A stretch of DNA of 61,706 bases, taken from contig JBHPHU010000005.1 of NCBI GenBank assembly GCA_042571405.1, forward strand, positions 1 through 61,706. Reading direction: 5' to 3'. The number at the start of each line of letters is the position of its first letter. The first letter of the stretch is position 1. Source of the DNA: Candidatus Omnitrophota bacterium (GTDB taxonomy: Bacteria; Omnitrophota; Gorgyraeia; Gorgyraeales; Gorgyraeaceae). Below, one piece after another: positions 1 through 9,524 of the stretch. Under the pieces are notes generated by a model that was not told the origin of the DNA, did not search any database, and was given only the letters and a program-made list of their open reading frames with translations. Both the position numbers and the translations under genes were made by a program.

Positions 1-13
1 AAGGAGAGAAATC

Positions 14-781
14 ATGAAGAATAAATTAGAAGGAGATATTTATTTTACACCAAAACAGGCCGCGGAGTATTTTAATCTGAGCTTGTCGACTATCAAAAAT
101 TACATCTATGCGGGTAAACTGCATACGCTTAGAACGCCGGGAGGCCATCATAGGATCAATAAGTCAACGCTTCTGGCCGCGCTGGGCAGTGAGTCTAAGC
201 CTAAAAATATGGACGAGAAACATTCTCTGCCTTTATTTATGTGCGATACAATACTTAATTTACTCAAGGTCCTTGGCCCCGCAGGAGAGACTATCAGCGC
301 CCACTGCAGGAATGTGGCAAAGCTTTCATCTAAGGTCGCGGAAAAAATAGGCATGAGTTCCCGTGATGTGTGGAGAATAAAATTAGCGGCCCTTGTGCAT
401 GATGTGGGCTCGATTAATGTAGGAAGGGATATACTGTTGAAGAAAGGACCGCTTACCACGCAGGAATACAATGAAGTAAAAAAACATCCTACCATCGGCC
501 ATCTGATACTTAATTCAATAGATGAACTTAGTGATATTTCTGATATTGTTGCTCAACATCATGAGAGGATAGATGGCTCTGGTTATCCGAGCGGCTTAAA
601 AGGAGAAGACATACACAAAGGCGCCCGTATAATCTCAGTCGCGGAGGCATATGATTCCATGATCTCAAAAAATTACTATAAAACTCCTGTTTCAAAAGAG
701 CAGGCCATAGCTGAACTTATAAAGCATAAGGGCACGCAGTTTGATAAGGATATCGTAGAGGCCTTTGCCGAGATCATATGA
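14..781 (+). CDS. Excisionase-type (HTH_17/MerR-like) DNA-binding domain fused to an HD-GYP domain
   Basis: N-terminal YFTPKQAAEYFNLSLSTIKNYIYAGKL..RTPGGHHRI; HDVG and HHERIDGSGYP motifs; AAGGAG RBS upstream. Confidence 0.85.
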   Translation: MKNKLEGDIYFTPKQAAEYFNLSLSTIKNYIYAGKLHTLRTPGGHHRINKSTLLAALGSESKPKNMDEKHSLPLFMCDTILNLLKVLGPAGETISAHCRNVAKLSSKVAEKIGMSSRDVWRIKLAALVHDVGSINVGRDILLKKGPLTTQEYNEVKKHPTIGHLILNSIDELSDISDIVAQHHERIDGSGYPSGLKGEDIHKGARIISVAEAYDSMISKNYYKTPVSKEQAIAELIKHKGTQFDKDIVEAFAEII

Positions 782-3288
782 TAAAACTTTTCCTGATCCT
801 AATCCTGATATTAGCGCCTATAGCCAGAGGAGGAACCCGTATATGGGCATTTGCGCCTATACAGATCTTTACACTGGCCGCGCTCCTGTATTCTGTATTC
901 AAGATGAGCGTAAATAGAGAGATCAGGATCAAGAGGACCCCTTTGGATATTCCCATAGTATTATTCTTACTTATTTTTATAGCGTCATGGTTTAATTCCA
1001 GCTATGCCCATGCTTCAATAATGGAATTCATAAAACTCTTTACCCTGGCTTCGATTTTTTACCTGACCGTTAATTTTGTAAATACAAAAGAGGACATAAA
1101 GAAAGTATTAAACTCGGTTTTGATCGCGGCGACAGCCATTGCCTTATTCGGTATATTACAATATATAGGGGCTATAGGTAGGTCCTGGTGGGCCAAGGAA
1201 ACTTTTTTATCAGCCACCTATGTTAATCATAACCATTTTGCAGGGCTATTGGAGCTGACCATACCCCTTTCAATAGGCATGTTTTTGTCAGAAAAGACAT
1301 TTGGAAAAAAGTCTTTATATCTATACTCGATCTTGATCCTTTGCTCTGCATTTTTACTTTCTATGTCAAGGGGAGGATGGCTGTCTTTATCTATCGCCAT
1401 GTTTTTTATGATCATGTGTATTTCAATGAGCGGAAGATTGCGGTTTACGAAAAAAACAGGCATCGCTATCCTATTTCTAATCATAGTTGTCGGTGTGTTT
1501 GCGATAAAGGCAGCTGATAAAAATCTTTTAGCTGACAGGGTATCCAGCTATGGGGACTTGGATTTTTCAGGAAGGCTTGGTATCTGGAAGGGTTCCTTAA
1601 GCATGATAAAAGATAACTGGCTTTTAGGAACAGGGCCCGGCACATTTATATATAGTTTTCCGAAATACAGGCTGGCAGGCATGAATATGCTTGTTAATTA
1701 CGCGCACAATGATTATCTTCATGTCTTATCTGATCTGGGCATATTCGCTTTAGCTATCATGGCCTTCATAATTTTTACAATATTAAAAAAGGCCGTCAAG
1801 ACATATAGAGTGGCAAAGTCATCTTTTAAGATGTGGATTTCTCTTGCCCTCGGGACAGGTATCTTGAGCATTGCCATACACGGTATAGGGGATTTTAATT
1901 TTTACATACCGGCAAATGCTATTTTATTTACCGTATTTTCCGCATTTGTCTTTAATCTGTCTTCCAGAAAAGAGAAAGAGGCAGAGCCTTTGGTTATAAA
2001 ATACGGCGTTGCTCTCAGGTTAGTGTTGACAGCGCTTGTTGCCTTGATAATTTTTATAAGCGGTTCTCTTGCGGCAGATATGTGCAGGATAGGTTCTCAA
2101 AAGGCCCTATCCAACAATAGATCGGAACAGGCAGAAAAGATGATGTTTCTCGCGACAAAGATATATCCTTTAAATCATAAATATTATTATGAACTCGCTA
2201 AGATTTATGATAGGAACGCTGATACAAAAAGGTCAGAGGGATCCTACAAGCGTTCAGTAGCGTTAAATCCACTGGACGCATGGTCGTGGATAGGCCTGGC
2301 TGATAATTATTACAGGCGCCACAGGGTTTCAGTATCAAGCGGGGATGCTATTGGCCTGGCGGATTTAGCATATAGAAAGGCGCTGGAATTAGACCCGTTA
2401 AATTCGTATTATATCAAGAAATTCGCTAAGTTTTTGATAGAGACAGGTGAGACTAAGCTTTCAAGCAATCTGTATAAAAAGGCATCTTATGCTGAGTCTA
2501 AGTCTGAGACGCTTTCGAAGAATCCGGCCATGTTCGCGGACGGAGAGTCTTATCAGGAAAAAGCAGACCTTTCATTTTTCGCGCAGGATATAAATAAGGC
2601 CCTTGTGTTTTACGAGATGGCAGAACATCTTCTTGAAGATAGCGACAAGGCAAAACTGGGCCAGGTGAGATGCTATCTAAAGATGTCTTTACCCAGAGAG
2701 GCATTTGATAAATTCAAAGAATTGACACGAGCGGCAGGTTATAAGTCTGTATTATTCGCTTCACTGGGCGATTACTATTTAAGAAAAGGATTCAAGCGTA
2801 CGGCAAGAAGATTTTCAGAGAGATCTATCGCGCTGGATCCAAAGAATCCAGAAGGTTATCAGCTCAGATACAAGGTGTTAGAGCAGTTTAATGATGTATC
2901 CACGATACTTGATTTTAATAATACGCCTGCTTTGTTGGAGCTGGAGTCAAATAGGCTCGAAATAGTCTTTGATCTTAAGAAGACCTTTGCTTCCAGTGGA
3001 TGTTTGCGATTGAATATGGTATTACCGGCAGGGATATATGAGTATACTGTAAGGGCAAGAGGAATGCAGGCTCTTGACATATGGCCTCATATGGCGGTGA
3101 GGGTAAATGGCAAAAGTTCAATAGATACTCATGTCGATGATATATATTGGCAGGATTATGCCGGGATCCTTGTAGTGGATTACCCGGTAAATAGATTCGA
3201 GATCGTGTTTGACAATGATTATTATGATGAAGCCACTGCGCAAGACCGTAATCTTTACGTGCAGAGCGTAATATTAAAAAAGTTATAA
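778..3288 (+). CDS. O-antigen ligase-like membrane protein with TPR repeats and a C-terminal carbohydrate-binding-like domain
   Basis: Multiple TM helices with TYVNHNHFAG, SRGG, GTGPGTF and AHNDYL Wzy_C-type motifs; TPR helices ending ALNP/ELDP/ALDP; C-terminal FDND...DRNLYV. Confidence 0.8.
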   Translation: MIKLFLILILILAPIARGGTRIWAFAPIQIFTLAALLYSVFKMSVNREIRIKRTPLDIPIVLFLLIFIASWFNSSYAHASIMEFIKLFTLASIFYLTVNFVNTKEDIKKVLNSVLIAATAIALFGILQYIGAIGRSWWAKETFLSATYVNHNHFAGLLELTIPLSIGMFLSEKTFGKKSLYLYSILILCSAFLLSMSRGGWLSLSIAMFFMIMCISMSGRLRFTKKTGIAILFLIIVVGVFAIKAADKNLLADRVSSYGDLDFSGRLGIWKGSLSMIKDNWLLGTGPGTFIYSFPKYRLAGMNMLVNYAHNDYLHVLSDLGIFALAIMAFIIFTILKKAVKTYRVAKSSFKMWISLALGTGILSIAIHGIGDFNFYIPANAILFTVFSAFVFNLSSRKEKEAEPLVIKYGVALRLVLTALVALIIFISGSLAADMCRIGSQKALSNNRSEQAEKMMFLATKIYPLNHKYYYELAKIYDRNADTKRSEGSYKRSVALNPLDAWSWIGLADNYYRRHRVSVSSGDAIGLADLAYRKALELDPLNSYYIKKFAKFLIETGETKLSSNLYKKASYAESKSETLSKNPAMFADGESYQEKADLSFFAQDINKALVFYEMAEHLLEDSDKAKLGQVRCYLKMSLPREAFDKFKELTRAAGYKSVLFASLGDYYLRKGFKRTARRFSERSIALDPKNPEGYQLRYKVLEQFNDVSTILDFNNTPALLELESNRLEIVFDLKKTFASSGCLRLNMVLPAGIYEYTVRARGMQALDIWPHMAVRVNGKSSIDTHVDDIYWQDYAGILVVDYPVNRFEIVFDNDYYDEATAQDRNLYVQSVILKKL

Positions 3289-3298
3289 AAGGGACCTT

Positions 3299-4678
3299 AT
3301 GAGTTTATCAGCCTTATTTACGCCGGAGACAATAATTTTATTGGGAATAGCGTTTATAGGCGTAGTATCTCTTTTTCTCGTAGTCAATAAGGATTTTGCC
3401 TTGGGTATATATCTATGGTTTTTGCTGGACCTGTTTTGTAAACATCAGAAACTGGATTTTTCAGGCTCTATACTGCCTGATATTTCGATAGAGAGGATGA
3501 TGTTTCTGTTTTTGCTGTGTATTTTCTTTATAGAGCTTTTTTCAGGAAAGCGTAAGCTGTTGCATTTTACCGGGGTCGAATATTCCATGATTTTATTTTG
3601 CGCGTTCGCCGTAATTTCCATGATATGGACAGGCTCTATTATCAAGGAAGGCGGCAGGCTGGGCATAGGAAGCTTTTTGAGCGGTTATATATTCCCGTTT
3701 TCCATGTTTTTTATAAGCAAGAGCGTATACGATAATGCAGAAAAAAGGGAAGGCTTTATAAAGTTTATTATGCTGATAGGGCTGTATATGGTGTGCACGG
3801 CATTTTTAGAACATTTTCATATCAACAGACTAATCTGGCCCAGGTATATATTGGACCCTTCTTTTGGGATACACTTTGAAAGGGCAAGAGGCCCATTTGT
3901 CCAGGCAGCGGTCAATGGCACGGTGCTGGGTTTTATACTTGTCAGCTCATTTTACTTCCTGATTTTTCGTGACAATAAAAGAGATTTATGGAGGATCTGT
4001 TCGCGGGTTCTGCTTATAGCGTCTCCTATCGCTGTATTTTTTACGTATACAAGGGCCGCGTGGTTAGGCGCGCTGGCAGGTTTTTCACTGATCCTTTTAT
4101 TTATTCTTAAGCAGGGGAAAAAGATATCCACTGCGATCGTAATTATCTTATGCATAGGTATTTTTATAGGACTGGGTTTTTTTCTTGACGATAGCGTAGT
4201 CTCTCTTTCGTCCGAGAGGGCTTTTGATGAGAGCCCTGTTCACGACAGATTAAACTTGTATATAGCTATGATAAATATGTTCAAAGAGCACCCTGTATTC
4301 GGAGTCGGTTTTGGTAAATTTACAGAATTTTCAAAGAATTATTTTAAGAACGTAGACGGCATACATTTTCAGGCAGTAGGGTTGAGCGGGCATGATAGTT
4401 TCGCGGGCGTGTTAGCGGAGATGGGAGTTTTGGGTTTTTCATTAATAGCCTCTATATATCTTCTGATCCTGCGCAACAGCATCAGATTGTATAAAAATTT
4501 AAAGAATGACGCGAAGGATGTGGGACTAGTGGTGGTTTTTTGGGCATTTATGCTTGTTTTTATAGTCAATTCGATCTTTATAGAGATGAAATTTTTTGAA
4601 TTCGTAAGCAGTATGTTTTTTGTATTTGCAGGGATTATATGTGCATGGGAGAAGAGTTATGCAGCCTCGCGAGCTTGA
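3299..4678 (+). CDS. O-antigen ligase/polymerase (Wzy-like)
   Basis: About 12 TM segments; RARGPF, TRAAW, HPVFGVGFG and GHD motifs. Confidence 0.8.
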   Translation: MSLSALFTPETIILLGIAFIGVVSLFLVVNKDFALGIYLWFLLDLFCKHQKLDFSGSILPDISIERMMFLFLLCIFFIELFSGKRKLLHFTGVEYSMILFCAFAVISMIWTGSIIKEGGRLGIGSFLSGYIFPFSMFFISKSVYDNAEKREGFIKFIMLIGLYMVCTAFLEHFHINRLIWPRYILDPSFGIHFERARGPFVQAAVNGTVLGFILVSSFYFLIFRDNKRDLWRICSRVLLIASPIAVFFTYTRAAWLGALAGFSLILLFILKQGKKISTAIVIILCIGIFIGLGFFLDDSVVSLSSERAFDESPVHDRLNLYIAMINMFKEHPVFGVGFGKFTEFSKNYFKNVDGIHFQAVGLSGHDSFAGVLAEMGVLGFSLIASIYLLILRNSIRLYKNLKNDAKDVGLVVVFWAFMLVFIVNSIFIEMKFFEFVSSMFFVFAGIICAWEKSYAASRA

Positions 4679-6152
4679 CAGAAAAAATGTTATAAGGGAT
4701 ACGTCTTTCTTTTCAGGGAGCGTCTATGTCTCTCAGGCGATGTTCTTTATACGCGGATTTTTGAACGCGAAGATATTAGGCCCTGAACTTTATGGAGTGT
4801 GGTCTTTCCTGAATATAGTCCTGCGATATAGCGTATTCGCGCATCTAGGCGCCTTTAATGCCATGGCCAGGGAGATACCGTATGAAAACGGCAAGCGCTC
4901 AAATAAAGGCATGGATAAGGTCAGGAATGTGGTTTTCACATTCTCGCTTTGTACTATCTCAATATTTGCGCTTGGAGTAATAATAGCGGCGGTCTTATTG
5001 TGGAAGAAACTTCTTATATATGAGGCAGTGGGTCTTATAGTGATAGCTGTTCTTGCCATTTCAATGGCATTATATGAATTTTTCCAGACCTCTTTGATAG
5101 GGATAAGAAGGTTTGTGTTGATAAGCAAGGCGAATGTGATGTTTTCGATTCTAAGCGTATTGCTTACATTGCTTTTTGTCCCGAGGCTTAAGATATACGG
5201 AGTGTATATCGTCGCGCTGGCAATACCTATATTGACCGTTGTATATCTTTATGTGAAGGAAGATTTTAAGGTGAAGTTATGCTTAGATTTCAAAGAGCTA
5301 TACAGGCTTCTTAAGATAGGATTCCCAATAATGTCCAGCTGTTTTTTACAAGGCACTATTACGAATGTCGCCGGTATAATGACGCTCAGCTTTTTAGGAA
5401 AGACTAATATGGGCTATTATTCTGTGGCAGCCCTTGCGGGTAATTTCCTTATGTATTTTCCCATGAGCATACACCGTTCTTTCGAACCGCATATTTACCA
5501 GCGCTACGGAGAGACCCATGATATAAACTCGCTAAAAAAGTATCTCTTTAAGCCGATGCTGGTCATGTCAATTTTATTTCCGGTGGTGCTCGCGTTTTAC
5601 TATACAGGCGTGTCATTTTTTATACGGCATTTTCTGTCGAAGTATAGCGCGGCTATTTACCCTTTTTCCGTAATATTGATAGCAAGGTTTTTTCTCGCGT
5701 TTTCGCCGACGTCTATCGCGCTTATAACGGTTTTGAACAAACAGAGGTTTCTTGTGCCGGTATATTTATCCGGGATAGCTGTTGTATTTGTTTCGACCCT
5801 TGTATTTATAAATCAGGGTTTTGGCATCTTAGCCATCGCGTTAGGACTTTTATTAGCCTTTTTCTTTATAGGCACCGTTACATTTATATATACCATAAAG
5901 CAATACGTAAAAAGCCCGCTTGTATGCCTGGGCTATCTAGTGAGCCTGTCTATCCCGCTTGTATACATGGCTGCGGTAATAGTTTTTAATAAGATAATGA
6001 TACCTGTTTCACCGGAGATCCTTCCGGACATATTTGTTCTTGCCAAGAGACTTTTGATAGTGACAGGTTTTTCTATACCTTTAATATATATCGCGCACAG
6101 GAAGACAGGGATATTGCGTGATATAGCCGGGATCATAAGGAGAAAAAGATGA
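4659..6152 (+). CDS. wzx: Oligosaccharide flippase (Wzx family)
   Basis: AKILGPELYG motif and 12-14 TM helices; ATG 4659 with GGAGA RBS preferred over TTG 4620. Confidence 0.8.
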   Translation: MQPRELDRKNVIRDTSFFSGSVYVSQAMFFIRGFLNAKILGPELYGVWSFLNIVLRYSVFAHLGAFNAMAREIPYENGKRSNKGMDKVRNVVFTFSLCTISIFALGVIIAAVLLWKKLLIYEAVGLIVIAVLAISMALYEFFQTSLIGIRRFVLISKANVMFSILSVLLTLLFVPRLKIYGVYIVALAIPILTVVYLYVKEDFKVKLCLDFKELYRLLKIGFPIMSSCFLQGTITNVAGIMTLSFLGKTNMGYYSVAALAGNFLMYFPMSIHRSFEPHIYQRYGETHDINSLKKYLFKPMLVMSILFPVVLAFYYTGVSFFIRHFLSKYSAAIYPFSVILIARFFLAFSPTSIALITVLNKQRFLVPVYLSGIAVVFVSTLVFINQGFGILAIALGLLLAFFFIGTVTFIYTIKQYVKSPLVCLGYLVSLSIPLVYMAAVIVFNKIMIPVSPEILPDIFVLAKRLLIVTGFSIPLIYIAHRKTGILRDIAGIIRRKR

Positions 6153-7300
6153 AATTAGCAATAATAGGCCCATACCCGCTGGATAATAATACCGATAACA
6201 TGCATGGCGGGGTCCAGGCAGTGGCAGTGAATTTACTAAAAGGACTTTTGAGATTCAATGACCTTGATATACATGTGCTTACTGTTAGCCATGCCATAGA
6301 TAAGGACAGGGATTTTAGATCCAATGGTTTTACCATGCATGCCGTAGCCGCGGACAATAGATTCGGGAATATCACGTTTTACTCAAAAGCAAGAAAGAGG
6401 ATTTGCAGAAAGATAGATGACATAAGGCCTGACCTGATACATTCGCATATGCTTGGATATCATACGCTGGCAGCATTAGAAAGCGGACATACAAAGGTGC
6501 TTGTGAGCACTCATGGCATAACTGAAGGCAATTGGGGAGTGTCCTGCACGCTTATGGATAAAATGAGGCGATATCTTCAAGACTGCATACACGAGAAATG
6601 TCTAAAGAGGGCTGAAAACATTATAGTAAATAGCAGGTTTTCAGAGGATTTCCTGAAGAGTTATAAGATCAGAAATATTTACAGGTTAAACAATCCGATC
6701 TCTGATGCATTCTTTAATATAGACACGGATAAGGAAGAAGAAAACAGGATTTTATTTGTAGGGAATATCTCTGAGGCAAAAGGTGTAGCCACGCTTATGG
6801 AGGCAGTAAGGATCTTAAAGGATTCATTTAAAAATATAAAGGTTATGGTAGCAGGGCCTATGAGTGATAGTAATTTTTATGAGAAATTAAGAGGTTTTAT
6901 AAAGGAGAATGATCTGGTCGAAGCAGTTCATTTTTTGGGCCATCTAAATGAGAATAAACTGATAGAGGAGTACATAAAGGCTTCTATATTTGTTTTTCCT
7001 TCACAGCAGGATATAGCCCCGCTCGCGCTTTTACAGGCAATGGCCTGTGGTAAGGCCGTAGTTACTACAAGGGTGGGAGGCATACCTTATATCGTGGATG
7101 ATGGTGTGGACGGATTTTTGGTAAACAACAAAGACCCTAAAGCCCTGGCAGGCAGGGTGGCGGTATTATTAAGAGATAAGTCTTTACGCAAGGATTTAGG
7201 AGATAACGCGAAAAAAAAGATCTCAGGGAATTACAAGATAGATTCTGTGACAGAGGAGCTTTACGGGATATATAGAAAGGTTACCTCTTCCACCTCGTAG
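6149..7300 (+). CDS. Glycosyltransferase family 4
   Basis: ILFVGNISEAKG and FVFPS..D.APLALLQAMACG GT-B motifs; the stop codon lies in a palindrome. Confidence 0.85.
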   Translation: MKLAIIGPYPLDNNTDNMHGGVQAVAVNLLKGLLRFNDLDIHVLTVSHAIDKDRDFRSNGFTMHAVAADNRFGNITFYSKARKRICRKIDDIRPDLIHSHMLGYHTLAALESGHTKVLVSTHGITEGNWGVSCTLMDKMRRYLQDCIHEKCLKRAENIIVNSRFSEDFLKSYKIRNIYRLNNPISDAFFNIDTDKEEENRILFVGNISEAKGVATLMEAVRILKDSFKNIKVMVAGPMSDSNFYEKLRGFIKENDLVEAVHFLGHLNENKLIEEYIKASIFVFPSQQDIAPLALLQAMACGKAVVTTRVGGIPYIVDDGVDGFLVNNKDPKALAGRVAVLLRDKSLRKDLGDNAKKKISGNYKIDSVTEELYGIYRKVTSSTS

Positions 7301-7311
7301 GTGGAAGAGGT
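7283..7311. repeat. Palindrome family A, one unit (13-bp stem, CGT loop)
   Basis: ACCTCTTCCACCT-CGT-AGGTGGAAGAGGT; contains the TAG stop of the upstream gene. Confidence 0.85.
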
Positions 7312-7320
7312 CCAAAGGTT

Positions 7321-8517
7321 ATGTTAAATATAAAACAAATTTCTAATTATAGAGAGTTCGAAGGCTGCAAAGGCATATGGAATGATTTGCTGGAGAAAAG
7401 CAATGTAGACAATGTCTTTATGACTTACGAGTGGGTCGATACATATATAAAGCATTTCTGCTCTTCTCAGAGATTATTGATACTGAATGTCTTTGAAGGC
7501 GACAGATTAATAGGGATAGCGCCTCTAATGATAAGAAAATCTAAATACCTTGGTTTACCTGTTAGGGTTGTTTCTTTTGTGGGCGCGGGAGTATCAGACA
7601 GGATGGATTTTATACTGACAGGCGATAAAGAAAAGGCCATATATCTGGTATTAGATTATCTGATGGGGATCAAGTCAGAATGGGATCTTATAGACCTTGA
7701 GGAGATCTCGGAAGATAGTCCTAGCGCAGGGATCATCGGAAAATGGCTGCGGGAAAAGAATGTCTTGAGTTTTTCAGGACCCCAAAAGAGATCATTTTTT
7801 ATACAGTTTGATGGTAATAGGCGATTGCTTATTGACAAATTTTCCGGAAAGCTCAACAAAAAACTGGTGAAGCTAAACAATAAGAACATCAAAATGGACA
7901 TGGACCCGCCAAAAAGCGCGGCGAGGCCTGCGCAAAATATGTCTTCTGGGCAGATTTTGCTTGGCTTTAAAAGATACAGGGTAAGACCCAGTGAGGCGGA
8001 AGGGCTTTTTTCAGATATATGCGATGTAGAGAGCCGCAGCTGGCAGGGAAAAGAGCAGAAGGGCATTTTTTCAAAAAAACCCAGCAGGGATTTTCACAAG
8101 GAGATATTTGATAGATTTTCAAAGAATGGACAGCTGGATATTTCGATTCTTATATCAGAAAAAAAGCCAATAGCTTATATCTATAACTACCTGTATGGTG
8201 GACGTTCCTATAATTACAATATTGCCTTTGACGATGTACACAAGGATCTTTCTGTTGGAACCATGCTTATGTTCTGGATGCTGAAAGATTCTGCCGCGGG
8301 TGATATTTTAGAGTTTGATTTTATAAGGGGCGAAGAGCCATGGAAGAAGAGATTGACGGATTCTTTTAAGCTCCATGATCGCGTTAGGATCTTTAAAGGC
8401 AGTTTTTATTCCAGGTACCTATATATATTACAGTCAAAGATTATGCCTTATTTTAGAAAGAAAAGCATGCTTCGCAAGATGTGGATAAATATTAAGGAGA
8501 GACTGGGATGGCGTTAA
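7321..8517 (+). CDS. GNAT family acetyltransferase (CelD/BcsL-like)
   Basis: FMTYEW, LIGIAPL, SVGTML and FDFIRGEEPWK motifs typical of EPS-linked Acetyltransf_6 proteins. Confidence 0.8.
   Translation: MLNIKQISNYREFEGCKGIWNDLLEKSNVDNVFMTYEWVDTYIKHFCSSQRLLILNVFEGDRLIGIAPLMIRKSKYLGLPVRVVSFVGAGVSDRMDFILTGDKEKAIYLVLDYLMGIKSEWDLIDLEEISEDSPSAGIIGKWLREKNVLSFSGPQKRSFFIQFDGNRRLLIDKFSGKLNKKLVKLNNKNIKMDMDPPKSAARPAQNMSSGQILLGFKRYRVRPSEAEGLFSDICDVESRSWQGKEQKGIFSKKPSRDFHKEIFDRFSKNGQLDISILISEKKPIAYIYNYLYGGRSYNYNIAFDDVHKDLSVGTMLMFWMLKDSAAGDILEFDFIRGEEPWKKRLTDSFKLHDRVRIFKGSFYSRYLYILQSKIMPYFRKKSMLRKMWINIKERLGWR
7901..7961 (+). repeat. Double-hairpin element family C, diverged in-frame copy
   Basis: 35 of the first 38 nt match 52281-52318, followed by GATTTTGCT at the same spacing; encodes DPPKSAARPAQNMSSGQILL. 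Confidence 0.85.
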
Positions 8518-9524
8518 GAGGATCTTTTAGGAATATGGCAAAGGATTTATATTGCCGGTTGGGCATACCAGGGTCTTTATTGCGCCTGGCAGGTTTTTCA
8601 AAGCAGCCAAGACTTTTTATATTTACATATCACAGGGTGAGTGGAGTTTCAGAAAATAGCCCGTATCTTGCCGTGCCAAGCGATGCATTTGAAAAGCACA
8701 TGAGCTTTATAAAGGATAATTTTAAATTAGTGTCTCTTTCGGAAGGTGTAGAAATTTTGTCTAAAGATACCTCAGGCGGCATGTATGCTGCCATAACTTT
8801 TGATGATGGCTATATGGATAATTATGTTCACGCATTCCCTATACTAAAGAAACATAGAGTGCCTGCCACTATCTTTCTTACCACTGATTTTATCGGCAAG
8901 GAGAATCTTTTCTGGTGGGACAGGGTTTTTAATGTAGTATCGTTGACTGAGCATGACACCATCAATGTTAGTCTGGATTCTAATGTTCTTGAATTTCGAT
9001 TAAATGGCCAGGATAGAGAAGAGGTAACAGATAACATAAATGAGATTCTATTAGAAAGAAAAGAGTCTGAGATAGAATTTCTTGTCCAGGGGTTAGAAGC
9101 AAGATACCTTAACGATAAAGATCTAAAGCCTTGTTCTATGCTTGGCTGGGATGAGGCCAGGAAGATGTGCGGTGGGCTTATAAATTTCGGGTCACATACA
9201 AAGACGCATCGAAATCTCTGTTTATTGAATGATGTCGAGGCGCTCGAAGAACTGACAGGCTCGAAAAAGAAGATAGAACAGGAATTGGGCGTAGAGGTTA
9301 ATGAATTCTGTTATCCTTACGGATTGTTAGATAAGAGGATTAAGGATCTTACCTGCCAGGCTGGTTTCGAATACGCGAGGACTGCATCGCAGGGATCCAA
9401 TAGCAGGGGTACAGACAGGTTTTTATTGAATTATATCGGAGTAGGGTCTCTTTTAAGGACAGATTTTCTCGCGGCTCGGGTTTCATCGAATTTGTTTAAG
9501 ACCGGAAAAGGAGTCATAGCATGA
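8508..9524 (+). CDS. Polysaccharide deacetylase (CE4)
   Basis: YHRV, ITFDDGY, FGSHTKTH and FCYPYG motifs. Confidence 0.9.
   Translation: MALRGSFRNMAKDLYCRLGIPGSLLRLAGFSKQPRLFIFTYHRVSGVSENSPYLAVPSDAFEKHMSFIKDNFKLVSLSEGVEILSKDTSGGMYAAITFDDGYMDNYVHAFPILKKHRVPATIFLTTDFIGKENLFWWDRVFNVVSLTEHDTINVSLDSNVLEFRLNGQDREEVTDNINEILLERKESEIEFLVQGLEARYLNDKDLKPCSMLGWDEARKMCGGLINFGSHTKTHRNLCLLNDVEALEELTGSKKKIEQELGVEVNEFCYPYGLLDKRIKDLTCQAGFEYARTASQGSNSRGTDRFLLNYIGVGSLLRTDFLAARVSSNLFKTGKGVIA

Noticed and set aside
14-200. Excisionase as evidence of a prophage or ICE
   Set aside because: It is a fused HTH domain; no integrase or phage genes are in the window.
2313-2358. Possible decayed hairpin in a TPR loop (RRHRVSVSSGDAIG)
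   Set aside because: Pairing is weak and interrupted, with no second copy.
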